From Candidatus Poseidoniales archaeon (lineage in GTDB: Archaea; Thermoplasmatota; Poseidoniia; MGIII; CG-Epi1): a stretch of DNA of 55,454 nt. A program made the position numbers and the translations under genes. The notes beneath the pieces were generated by a model. That model ran no database searches. It was not told the origin of the DNA and saw nothing but the letters and a program-made list of their open reading frames with translations. The stretch covers positions 1-55,454 of the forward strand of contig JBJLBX010000031.1 in assembly GCA_045567955.1 (NCBI GenBank), given 5' to 3'. Shown in pieces: positions 47,326-55,454 of the stretch (the first letter of the stretch is position 1; every line of letters begins with the position of its first letter).

Positions 47326-48209
47326 TTAAGAATGTTAAATCTTCGGTCTACTTCTTCTTTTGTAACATTCATAATGCTTTCAGTACCAAAGCCTTCCACA
47401 GTAATTGAAGCTACAGCTGAACCATAATTCATTGCTATAATCAAATTATCCTCATTAATCTCATTTATATTAGAAAGATATCCTATCGCAGCTCCAGCAA
47501 AACTATCGCCAGCTCCAGTAGGGTCTATAAATTTACTAACTTTATAAGCGGGTAAATGTTTAGTTTTTTCTGATGAATATAACGATGATCCCTTTTCACC
47601 TCTCTTGATAATTATGTATTTCGGTCCCTTTTTCAGAAGTTTTTTTCCAGCTTTATCCAAATCATTTTCACCAGTATATAGTCTAGCTTCAGCATCATTT
47701 ATGAATAAAAGGTCTACTTGTTTCACAACTTCTTCTAGTTTCTCTTTAGCAATATCAATCCAGAGATTCATAGTATCCATAGCTACCAATTCTGGTTTAG
47801 TTTGTTTCAAAACTTTAGCCTGAATATTAGGGTCATTATTACAGAGTAGCAATAATTTAGAATTTTTTTGTTGTGATGATATTTCCCAATCATAGTGTTC
47901 ATTAATTTGAAAATCAGTTTTATGTGTTATAGCTTGAGACATATCTCCTGTATATTCTCCAGACCAGTGAAATGTAGGATAATTTAGAGTTTTTACAGAT
48001 TGAGTATTGATAGAATGTTTTCTAATTTTCTCCATAATAGGTTTTGGAAAATCATTTCCAATTGCTGCAACTAAAGCCGTTTTTGTAAAAAGACTAGAAG
48101 AAATACTAGAATATATTCCAGCACCTCCTACTATTTTTTTTCCACTTTTATATGGTGTTTTCAGGTCATCCAATGCCAGTACGCCAGCAACCAAAAGTTT
48201 TGCAGTCAC
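47304..48209 (-). CDS. PfkB-family carbohydrate/nucleoside kinase
   Basis: GGAG, FINDAEA, IKRGEKG, DPTGAGDSFAG motifs; GAGGTGA upstream of the GTG start. Confidence 0.92.
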   Translation of the reverse strand: MTAKLLVAGVLALDDLKTPYKSGKKIVGGAGIYSSISSSLFTKTALVAAIGNDFPKPIMEKIRKHSINTQSVKTLNYPTFHWSGEYTGDMSQAITHKTDFQINEHYDWEISSQQKNSKLLLLCNNDPNIQAKVLKQTKPELVAMDTMNLWIDIAKEKLEEVVKQVDLLFINDAEARLYTGENDLDKAGKKLLKKGPKYIIIKRGEKGSSLYSSEKTKHLPAYKVSKFIDPTGAGDSFAGAAIGYLSNINEINEDNLIIAMNYGSAVASITVEGFGTESIMNVTKEEVDRRFNILNGGPGRI

Positions 48210-48259
48210 AATTCACCTCAAGAGGGCTGGCTTTAAATCCCAAGCACTGTGCGCAATTA

Positions 48260-49780
48260 ATGGCGACCTCCCGCAAAATAGCTCTGCTTTTTGGTGTTGA
48301 GAATATTAATGCAATAATAGGTTGGATTGCACTTTTGCTTGTAGCAAGGCATATGGGAGCTTCAGCACTCGGCGAATTTAGCTATGCAATGAGTTTAATT
48401 GGTGGTTTTACTTTTTTAGCTTTTTTTGGATTCCGTATGGCTCATGTTAAGAGAATTAGTGAAGGTATGGATCTGGGTAAATGTATAGGTACATTTCTTT
48501 CAATACGGTTATTTCTAATTTCTCTAATGTTAGCTGTATTTGCGATATTTTATTGGTATTGGACCGGATATTTAGGAAAGCAATTCTATGATATTAAGAC
48601 TGAAGGTCTTTTGTTTGTAGTATTAATCTATTACATTATTTTTCTGTTAACTGGAGTTTTAACGGCTACTTTTAGCGGATTAAAACAAAGTGCACGAGTG
48701 GCTATACCTCGCATAATAGGTACTTCTATGCGTTCTTTTTTATTTATAGGAACTGCATTGATGGGTTGGGGTATTTTATGGTTGGCAGCATCAGAATTAA
48801 TAGGTATTTTGATAATTGCTATTATTTCGTTATGGTATTTTAGAGACTATCCAATTTCTAAGCCAGATAAAGATACTTTTGAATCATATAAAAGTTATGC
48901 ATTTCCAGTTGCAGCAGCTTCAATTTTTGGTATTTTAAAAAAACATGTTGATAAAATATTTATTGGTATTTTTTGGACAGCTACAGATGTAGGGCTTTAT
49001 TTCGGAGTTCAACGTATTGCATTATTCATAGGTAGCATGGCTTTAGCTATTGAGGAGATGCTACTTCCTTCAATATCTAAATTACATTCGAATAAGTCTA
49101 ATAATGAAATTAGATCTTTAGTTTATGATGCGGAGAAGTATGTTGCAATGGTTTGTATACCTGTTGTAGCAATGACTGTTGTTTGGTCATATGAAATAAT
49201 TTTTGTATTTATCAGTAGAGAATTTTTACCAGCAACTCGCATTCTTCAGATATTAGTTTTAGCATCACTTATTCGAGTAATTAATAGGCCCTGGTCCGTT
49301 GCACTAAGAGGTTCTAATCGACCCGATTTAACTTCGGCTATCAATATTTTCTCTTCAATTATTAGTGTTATCCTTATGCTCTTTTTAGTACCTAAAGAGA
49401 TACCTCACCTGGGTCTTGAGAATTTGCCAGGTTTGGGTGGTGAAGGTGCAGCTATTGCAGTTTTAGTTTCTGAGCTAATAATGGCTATTTCTCTTAGATT
49501 ATTATGTTATTCTTATCTCGAAATGAAACCTCAGATTAGTTTCTTTGTACAAATATTATTTGCTATTATAGTGGGATTAATAATGTGGCAAATCCAGTTA
49601 AATTTGGACATAGATCGTTGGTATGAATTGTTCTTTTTCTCAGCATTAGGTGGTCTTCTTTACATTTCTTTTTTAGCTACAGTTGGAGCTTTTACTTTAA
49701 AAGATTTTCACTTTTTTTGGAACACTATTGATCCAAAAGCTATGACTAGTTACGTTAATGAAGAGTTAAAGAGGAAATAA
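48260..49780 (+). CDS. Oligosaccharide flippase (Wzx/MOP superfamily)
   Basis: About 14 TM; ALGEFSYA, VDKIFIG.F.....VGLY motifs; start set at ATG 48260. Confidence 0.88.
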   Translation: MATSRKIALLFGVENINAIIGWIALLLVARHMGASALGEFSYAMSLIGGFTFLAFFGFRMAHVKRISEGMDLGKCIGTFLSIRLFLISLMLAVFAIFYWYWTGYLGKQFYDIKTEGLLFVVLIYYIIFLLTGVLTATFSGLKQSARVAIPRIIGTSMRSFLFIGTALMGWGILWLAASELIGILIIAIISLWYFRDYPISKPDKDTFESYKSYAFPVAAASIFGILKKHVDKIFIGIFWTATDVGLYFGVQRIALFIGSMALAIEEMLLPSISKLHSNKSNNEIRSLVYDAEKYVAMVCIPVVAMTVVWSYEIIFVFISREFLPATRILQILVLASLIRVINRPWSVALRGSNRPDLTSAINIFSSIISVILMLFLVPKEIPHLGLENLPGLGGEGAAIAVLVSELIMAISLRLLCYSYLEMKPQISFFVQILFAIIVGLIMWQIQLNLDIDRWYELFFFSALGGLLYISFLATVGAFTLKDFHFFWNTIDPKAMTSYVNEELKRK

Positions 49781-49992
49781 TGTTGTTTACAATTGGTTTA
49801 GTAGTAATTTTTGCTATTGTGATATTTACAATATTTCTTTATCAGAAAATTTTTAATCCTGGAAAACTCTGTAGAGTATGTTACCGTGTAGTCCCTGAAC
49901 TGGTCTTTGTTGAGGCGATTGATGAGGAAGATGTTGAGTCAGATTATTATACAAAATGTCCCTTTTGTGATAATGACTTGAATTGGGATTAA
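49780..49992 (+). CDS. Small membrane-anchored Zn-ribbon protein
   Basis: N-terminal TM; CRVC-x25-CPFC; TAATG coupling to the flippase stop; GAGG RBS. Confidence 0.72.
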   Translation: MLFTIGLVVIFAIVIFTIFLYQKIFNPGKLCRVCYRVVPELVFVEAIDEEDVESDYYTKCPFCDNDLNWD

Positions 49993-49994
49993 AA

Positions 49995-50525
49995 TCAATA
50001 TTTTTTATCTAATGAATCTGCAATGATTTTTAATGCAATTCCAGTTATAATTCCAGCAATTAATCCAGTTCCTATCCTCCGAATATTGGTAGATTCGTAA
50101 TCAGTGAAAAGTTGTATTGTACCATCAAGTCCAATTGGAGTTAGTGCAAGGATTATTATTGGTAAAGTTAGTTCAATTCTTCTCCCTAAAGCAAAAATAA
50201 ACCCAAATGTTAAACCTGCAAAAATCCCAACATCTCTTGTACAAAAGGGCATTTGATTATTATTATATTCATAAGATCGTTGAGAAAGTTGGTGACAGTT
50301 TAAATCTCCAAAGTAATAGATAACTTTTGCTAAAGGATTCATATTATGTATGACTTCTTTATTATCGTAAATACCTACACTTCCACTTAAATCACCCGTT
50401 TCTCCATTAGTTATAATTAATGGAGAGATAAGAATCATTAAAGTCCAAAGAGCCGTTAAAGATAAGAAAATTTTATTCCATTTACCCAATAGTTTCCATT
50501 TTTTAGTAAATTGCCAAGATGACAT
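49995..50525 (-). CDS. DUF2085-family membrane protein
   Basis: CHQ...RS, MPFCTRDVGIF, DG..QL.T.YES.N.RR..TG motifs. Confidence 0.85.
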   Translation of the reverse strand: MSSWQFTKKWKLLGKWNKIFLSLTALWTLMILISPLIITNGETGDLSGSVGIYDNKEVIHNMNPLAKVIYYFGDLNCHQLSQRSYEYNNNQMPFCTRDVGIFAGLTFGFIFALGRRIELTLPIIILALTPIGLDGTIQLFTDYESTNIRRIGTGLIAGIITGIALKIIADSLDKKY

Positions 50526-50528
50526 GCC

Positions 50529-51734
50529 TTATCCCCTGTCAAATTTTTCTCTATCAATTAGTATTAATGATAGAGCGACTACAGATAGAATACTGCCAAT
50601 TAAAAAGCCATAACTTATAACTCCACAAAGACATCCAATTACTGCTATTCTAAAGTTTTGTTGAAGAAGTGCAGCTGAACTTCCCATCAAGGCGACGATT
50701 GAAGCTACAATAAAAATAGGAGATAAGGTGTAGTTTGGAGGCCATGGTTCTGAGACGTCTTTTCGGAGATCTACATTTTTGGTTACTCCGCCTTCTTCTA
50801 ATTCAACTTCCAATATATTTGTTCCTTCAGAACGTATATTAATCCAAACACTTAGATTTCCATAACCTTCCATTGTGAACATAATTTCGACTTCATCACC
50901 AATTAAATCATATAAGAAATATTTACCTTGAGCATTGGTATATGTTTTCTTATCATCAGCTTCAATTTTAACTCCTTCAAGTCCATTTCCATTATCATCA
51001 ATAATTGTTCCATGAACTGAAGAAAGCCCATCACTAGTCCATTGACTTTCTTGATTATTCCATTTTATTCCATATGCGATACCTGAGAGAATACCTAAAA
51101 TAAAAACGATAGATAGTAGAATTCCAGCCCATTGCGCTGCAGTTTTTGGTTTTTCATTTAAAGTATTGAGATTGTCCCAGCGATAAGCTTCTTTCAAATT
51201 ACTAAAAACAAAAGAAAGAGGCTGTTCTTTTTTTAATTTTGAGCTTGTTGGATCTGAAGTCACTTCACTACGAGTTTTTGTAGCTGCCCAGCTTCTTATT
51301 TCGGTTCTCAACCAATTGTTTGCTTCTGGTGTAAATTTATATTTTTTACGTATATATGCAACAGTTTGTTTTTCTATTTGTGTATAATCATCATAATCCT
51401 TTATCTTATGAAATAATTGTTTACTTCCTTCTATTGTTATCTCTTCTTTTTTAGCAGTTAACTCTTCAGCAACTTCCAATAATTCACGATCATACTTCTT
51501 CCCATTGATATATTTGAAATGTTCATTATCTTTATTTATGTTTAATTTTTCTTGGATATTTTCTCCAATTTTATTACCTAAATCGGTTATTGTGTTCTTA
51601 ATATTAGTTACAACATTAGTGTTCTTAACTGCGAATGAGGAATCACACATAGGACATATTACATTATTTCCTTCATCCTTGTTTGTGTTGAAAACGTTGT
51701 AGCAAGTTGTACAGCGCACTTTCACATCAGCCAT
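50529..51734 (-). CDS. Membrane protein: Zn ribbon, helical cytoplasmic domain, TM, carboxypeptidase-regulatory-like beta-sandwich, TM helices
   Basis: CTTC-x15-CPMC; VHGTIIDDNGNGLEGVKI...TNAQGKY; hydrophobic C-terminus. Confidence 0.75.
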   Translation of the reverse strand: MADVKVRCTTCYNVFNTNKDEGNNVICPMCDSSFAVKNTNVVTNIKNTITDLGNKIGENIQEKLNINKDNEHFKYINGKKYDRELLEVAEELTAKKEEITIEGSKQLFHKIKDYDDYTQIEKQTVAYIRKKYKFTPEANNWLRTEIRSWAATKTRSEVTSDPTSSKLKKEQPLSFVFSNLKEAYRWDNLNTLNEKPKTAAQWAGILLSIVFILGILSGIAYGIKWNNQESQWTSDGLSSVHGTIIDDNGNGLEGVKIEADDKKTYTNAQGKYFLYDLIGDEVEIMFTMEGYGNLSVWINIRSEGTNILEVELEEGGVTKNVDLRKDVSEPWPPNYTLSPIFIVASIVALMGSSAALLQQNFRIAVIGCLCGVISYGFLIGSILSVVALSLILIDREKFDRG

Positions 51735-51782
51735 TAGAAGTTACTCCCCCGTCGGTTAAATAAACCTGACGATTGGGCATTT

Positions 51783-52589
51783 ATGGAATGGTGGTTGGCT
51801 GTACTTTTAGGAATATTGCAGGGTGTGACAGAATGGCTTCCTATTAGCAGTAGTGGACATTTGGCAATTTTCCAATTTTATTTTGATGAACATCCTCCTA
51901 TTCTTTTCGATATAATTTTACATTTAGGTTCACTTTGTGTTATTTTTTATGTCATGCGACAAGAAATCAAAGAAGTTTTTTTAGTATTACCTAGCATTAT
52001 TGATTATAAAAATTATTCAAATCTTAAAGGGTATGAAAGAATGTTGATGATGGTTGTTGTAGCTTCAATTCCGACTGCTATTATTGGTTTTACTTTTGAT
52101 AGTACAATTATAGGAGATTTTTATAGCGAGATGCACTTAGTTGGCGGTTGTTTAATTTTTACAGGTATATTAATCTGGTTTAGTAAGAATTATGATGGTA
52201 AAAAACAGATAGATGATTTTAAATTTTCAAATGCTTTAGTTGTAGGTTTTTTTCAGGGCCTAGCTATACTTCCAGGAGTTTCTCGTTCAGGTTCTACTAT
52301 TGCTATTTCTAAAATATTAGGTATGGATCCTGTTAAAGCAGCTAGATTGTCTTTTCTTTTGTTTATACCTGCTATTATGGGGGCAACATTTCTTAAAATT
52401 GGAGAGATTGATGAAACAGTAGAAGAAGTTGGTTTTATTGCTTTGATCTTAGGATTTCTTAGTTCAGTTATAACTAGTTATTTTGCAGTAAGCGCTTTGT
52501 TAGAATTGATAAAACAACAAAAATTCCATTATTTCACACCTTATTGTGTTATTCTTGGTATGTTCTTGATATATAGTAGTTTATTCTAA
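51783..52589 (+). CDS. uppP: Undecaprenyl-diphosphate phosphatase (BacA/UppP)
   Basis: QGVTEWLPISSSGH, HLGS, PGVSRSGST, SFLL.IPA motifs. Confidence 0.94.
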   Translation: MEWWLAVLLGILQGVTEWLPISSSGHLAIFQFYFDEHPPILFDIILHLGSLCVIFYVMRQEIKEVFLVLPSIIDYKNYSNLKGYERMLMMVVVASIPTAIIGFTFDSTIIGDFYSEMHLVGGCLIFTGILIWFSKNYDGKKQIDDFKFSNALVVGFFQGLAILPGVSRSGSTIAISKILGMDPVKAARLSFLLFIPAIMGATFLKIGEIDETVEEVGFIALILGFLSSVITSYFAVSALLELIKQQKFHYFTPYCVILGMFLIYSSLF

Positions 52590-53183
52590 TTTATCACTTT
52601 CAATTCTTATACTATAATCTCCAGAATAAAGAATAGAGCCAATACCTTCAAGTCCTGAGCCAGAAATTGTAATTGTCCAAGTTCCACCTATTACAGGAAG
52701 AAGAAGAGGCCTTTCATTTAGCTGGTTATTCCAAGTTACAATTTCATATCCATCTCCATCTTTTCCATAAACGTGGTTTGTCCCATCAGGATCAGTTACA
52801 GTAAAATCTAAAGTACCTGCAGGGCCTTCTGAAGGATCAATACCTCCTCCAATGCTATAATCAACAGATAAAAGGAGAATTACGAAAGTCGATTCCCAAT
52901 TACTTTCTATGAAAAAAGAATGTTTCTCTTCTTTCCAAGATATATTTTGTGCAGTTTCTTGAAAACCTAGTGGATTTTCAACCATGTCTTGGATTGCATT
53001 GACATACGAATCCTGATCCTGAGCAGGGTCTGGTGCAAAATTTCCTTCAACATCCCATACGTCAAATATACTATATGTTTTCTCTTCTTCAGGAACAATT
53101 CTATCGACTAATCCATTCATTGCAGGGATGTCAATACACCCTACGGTCAAAAACAATGCAGCAATCATGAATGCTCTTTTCAC
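52581..53183 (-). CDS. Hypothetical lipoprotein
   Basis: MKRAFMIAALFLTVGC lipobox-like start; beta-rich, PPC-like C-terminus. Confidence 0.7.
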   Translation of the reverse strand: MKRAFMIAALFLTVGCIDIPAMNGLVDRIVPEEEKTYSIFDVWDVEGNFAPDPAQDQDSYVNAIQDMVENPLGFQETAQNISWKEEKHSFFIESNWESTFVILLLSVDYSIGGGIDPSEGPAGTLDFTVTDPDGTNHVYGKDGDGYEIVTWNNQLNERPLLLPVIGGTWTITISGSGLEGIGSILYSGDYSIRIESDKLE

Positions 53184-53265
53184 AAATTTTGGATTTAGAC
53201 GGAGTAAATAAAATATACATTAGAATTAACTAAAAAGGCCTAAACCCCCCTCTCTTTCAGCGGTT

Positions 53266-54888
53266 GTGTCCAATTTAAGGCAGAAGTTGCTGGAATTAGC
53301 CATGTCCGAGGCAGCTCAATACGGTGAAGCTCGTAGCAAAAGTGTAATTGGTAAAGCAATGGGTAAGCATCCCGAGCTACGTTCTTCAGCCCAAGAAGTA
53401 ATGCAAGTTATAGATGAAGTAATAGATGAAGTTAATAAAATGGATTCAAAAGTTTTAGAGTCTTATGCTCCTTTAAAGAAGAAAAAGCAGAAGAAGGCTA
53501 AACCTCGAGAGCTTCCACCTCTCAATAAAACAGGTAAAGTTGTATTGCGTTTTGCTCCAGGACCCAGTGGTCCTTTACATTTAGGCCATACTCGAGCATT
53601 AGCTCTCAATAATTATTATAAAAAAAGGTATGAAGGTAAATTGATATTACGTTTAGAAGACACTAATCCAAATGCAATTGATGAAAAAGCTTATGATTTA
53701 ATTCAAGAAGATTTGAAATGGCTTGGTATCGAGGCTGATGAGGTAGTTACTCAATCTAGTCGAATTGACATATATTATGAAGATATTCGAAAAATAATTT
53801 CGGTTGGGGGTGCCTATGTCACAAAATCTGATGCAGAAGAGTGGAGAGAACTAAAAAGACAATGTAAAGCACATCCCGACAGAGACCGTTCACCAGAAGT
53901 ACAGATGAAAGAGTTTGATTCATTACTTAATGGAGATGAGGGAATAGTAGTTATCAAGACAAATCTAGAGGATCCTAATCCTGCATTAAGAGATTTTGTA
54001 GCTTTAAGAATAGTTGATTCACCACATCCTTTACAAGGTAAAAAGTATAGGCTTTGGCCCCTTTACAATTTTGCCGTAGCAATAGATGACTATCGCCTAG
54101 GAATAACTCATGTTTTAAGAGGAAAAGATCATCTTAATAATACTGAAAAACAACGTTGGATTTACAAATATTTGGATTGGAAAGAACCCGAATTCATACA
54201 TTATGGTTTAGTTGCAATACCTAATACTAATTTAAAAACAAGTAAAATCCGCGAATCTATAATTAGTGGAGAATTCACAGGGTGGGATGATTGCCGTTTG
54301 GCTACGATTAAGGCCTTGGCAAGAAGAGGTTATTCTGCAGAAACTTTCTTGAAATATTGGGAAAATTCAGGTATTAAGGAAGTTGACATTAAATTCTCAT
54401 GGCAGAATTTTGATGCTTTGAATAAGGATTTAATAGATTCGAAGAGTAGACGCTTGTTCTTTGTTTCAGATCCCGTTGAATTCATAATTCAAACAGATAA
54501 ATCTTTACAAAAAGAAGCTCCTTGGCATCCTGATAATAAGGAACTTGGTAACCGTGAAGAGACAATTTTATCAGGTTCTAAGATATATTTACCCCGTAAA
54601 GATCTAGAATCTTTAGGTGACGGTTCAGAGATTCGTTTAAAAAATCTTTGTAATGTCGTTATGAAAGATCGAAGTTTGACATTTTCTGGATTTAATCATA
54701 AGAAAGGAGTTCCGATATTTCAATGGTGTTCATCTAATCAAGTAATAGAGGTATATTATCCTGATGGAAAAACTATTTCAGGTATTGTTGAAGATAATTT
54801 ATCCTCGTTAGATAATGATGTGGTACAATTTGAGAGAACCGGTTTTGTTCGTTTGGAGGGAGAGAAAGCGTTTTTTTTACATCGCTAA
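53266..54888 (+). CDS. gltX: Glutamyl-tRNA synthetase (archaeal, non-discriminating)
   Basis: RFAPGPSGPLHLGH, LRLEDT, NPALRD, YNFAVAIDD, RGKDH, WDD.RL.T, QFERTGF motifs. Confidence 0.96.
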   Translation: MSNLRQKLLELAMSEAAQYGEARSKSVIGKAMGKHPELRSSAQEVMQVIDEVIDEVNKMDSKVLESYAPLKKKKQKKAKPRELPPLNKTGKVVLRFAPGPSGPLHLGHTRALALNNYYKKRYEGKLILRLEDTNPNAIDEKAYDLIQEDLKWLGIEADEVVTQSSRIDIYYEDIRKIISVGGAYVTKSDAEEWRELKRQCKAHPDRDRSPEVQMKEFDSLLNGDEGIVVIKTNLEDPNPALRDFVALRIVDSPHPLQGKKYRLWPLYNFAVAIDDYRLGITHVLRGKDHLNNTEKQRWIYKYLDWKEPEFIHYGLVAIPNTNLKTSKIRESIISGEFTGWDDCRLATIKALARRGYSAETFLKYWENSGIKEVDIKFSWQNFDALNKDLIDSKSRRLFFVSDPVEFIIQTDKSLQKEAPWHPDNKELGNREETILSGSKIYLPRKDLESLGDGSEIRLKNLCNVVMKDRSLTFSGFNHKKGVPIFQWCSSNQVIEVYYPDGKTISGIVEDNLSSLDNDVVQFERTGFVRLEGEKAFFLHR

Positions 54889-54897
54889 TAACTACTC

Positions 54898-55454
54898 ATG
54901 TCAGGCCACCATCACCATCATCTTGACGATGATGACTCAGAGCAAAAAACTCGTATTGTTGTTGTGATTACTCTTGTAATGATGGTTATTGAAGTCGCTT
55001 ATGGTTACATAACAAAATCAATGGCGCTCTTGGCAGATGGTTGGCATATGGGGACTCATGCGGCTGCTCTTGGAATAACACTATATGCTTATTATTATGC
55101 ACGAAATGAATCAAAAGTTGAAGGTAAAAGAGACAAGGTAATGGCTTTGGGAGGTTTTGCTTCAGCTATTGTATTAGCTATTGTTGCCTTATACATTGGT
55201 TGGGAGTCCATTGATAGAATAATGGAGCCTGAAAGAATTCAGTTCAAGGAAGCTATTATTGTTGCTTTTATTGGTTTAGCAGTCAATTTAGTATGTGCCA
55301 ATATTTTGGGAATTGAAAATCATCATCATGGACACCATGACCACGACCATGACCACAGTCATTCTGAACCTAAAGAAATTAAGAGAGGTACTTGGGCGGC
55401 CGCACTTGAGTCTTACAAAAAAGATTGGAGATTTATATCAGATAAATTTGACAA
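54898..55454 (+). CDS. Cation diffusion facilitator, DmeF-like (3'-truncated by window edge; absent from the ORF track)
   Basis: My translation: MSGHHHHHLDDDD...ITLVMMVIEVAYG...SMALLADGWHMGTHA...GLAVNLVCA, then His-rich HHHGHHDHDHDHSH; frame open to the window end. Confidence 0.88.
   Translation, partial: MSGHHHHHLDDDDSEQKTRIVVVITLVMMVIEVAYGYITKSMALLADGWHMGTHAAALGITLYAYYYARNESKVEGKRDKVMALGGFASAIVLAIVALYIGWESIDRIMEPERIQFKEAIIVAFIGLAVNLVCANILGIENHHHGHHDHDHDHSHSEPKEIKRGTWAAALESYKKDWRFISDKFD

Noticed and set aside
673-47823. Numerous 60-130 aa opposite-strand ORFs in the track (e.g. 673..879, 1512..1787, 5728..6069, 14614..14985, 22984..23310, 45909..46307)
   Set aside because: Shadows of well-supported genes; no motifs, RBS or independent promoter.
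11540-48259. Long N-terminal extensions in the ORF track for psmA (12337), rpoP (8422), MFS (3616), SecB-like (32667), DUF368 (37069) and flippase (48152)
   Set aside because: They overlap neighbours or promoters; downstream ATGs fit homology and promoter spacing better.
55396-55410. GCGGCCGCACTTGAG resembles the pET NotI-XhoI linker (GCGGCCGCACTCGAG), and the ORF starts with a His-tag/enterokinase-like MSGHHHHHLDDDD
   Set aside because: One mismatch destroys the XhoI site, no His6 or vector sequence follows, flanks are AT-rich native-style codons, and His tracts are normal in CDFs. Treated as coincidence.

Overview
AT-rich archaeal chromosomal segment (GC roughly one third, judged by eye). 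Gene content and protein style point to Thermoplasmatota, most likely Marine Group III or II; this is an inference. Core genes: the proteasome/exosome superoperon (psmA-SBDS-rrp4-rrp41-rrp42-rpl37ae-rpoP-pcc1-pfdB-DHH), divergent cdc6/PolD-DP1, gatE, gltX, nop5, trkAH and glmU. There are three tRNAs: Tyr with a 43-nt BHB intron, and a tandem Asn plus Ile2(CAU). Interspersed are many cell-surface proteins (FG-GAP propeller, stalked cupredoxin, PKD lipoprotein, two large Ig/NEW3-like repeat proteins), glycosylation and lipid-carrier genes (two GT4, flippase, UppP, DUF368, ATP-grasp) and amino-acid catabolism genes (a lysine 6-aminotransferase-like enzyme and a histidine ammonia-lyase with an Ala-Cys-Gly MIO motif). 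I saw no CRISPR array, integrase, transposase or rRNA. No single complete novel system can be demonstrated from the sequence alone. The best leads are: (i) a shared LPSLSF-TM-RRR C-terminal sorting signal alongside PEF-CTERM, with no archaeosortase in the window; (ii) a 1311-aa surface protein with a large cytoplasmic coiled-coil and acidic tail; (iii) a family of Zn-ribbon membrane proteins near UppP, the flippase and DUF2085; (iv) the ACG-type ammonia-lyase; (v) a SecB-like protein; (vi) palindromic TATA elements centred between divergent genes, one of which supports an unannotated 43-aa ORF. All family assignments come from motif recognition, not database searches.
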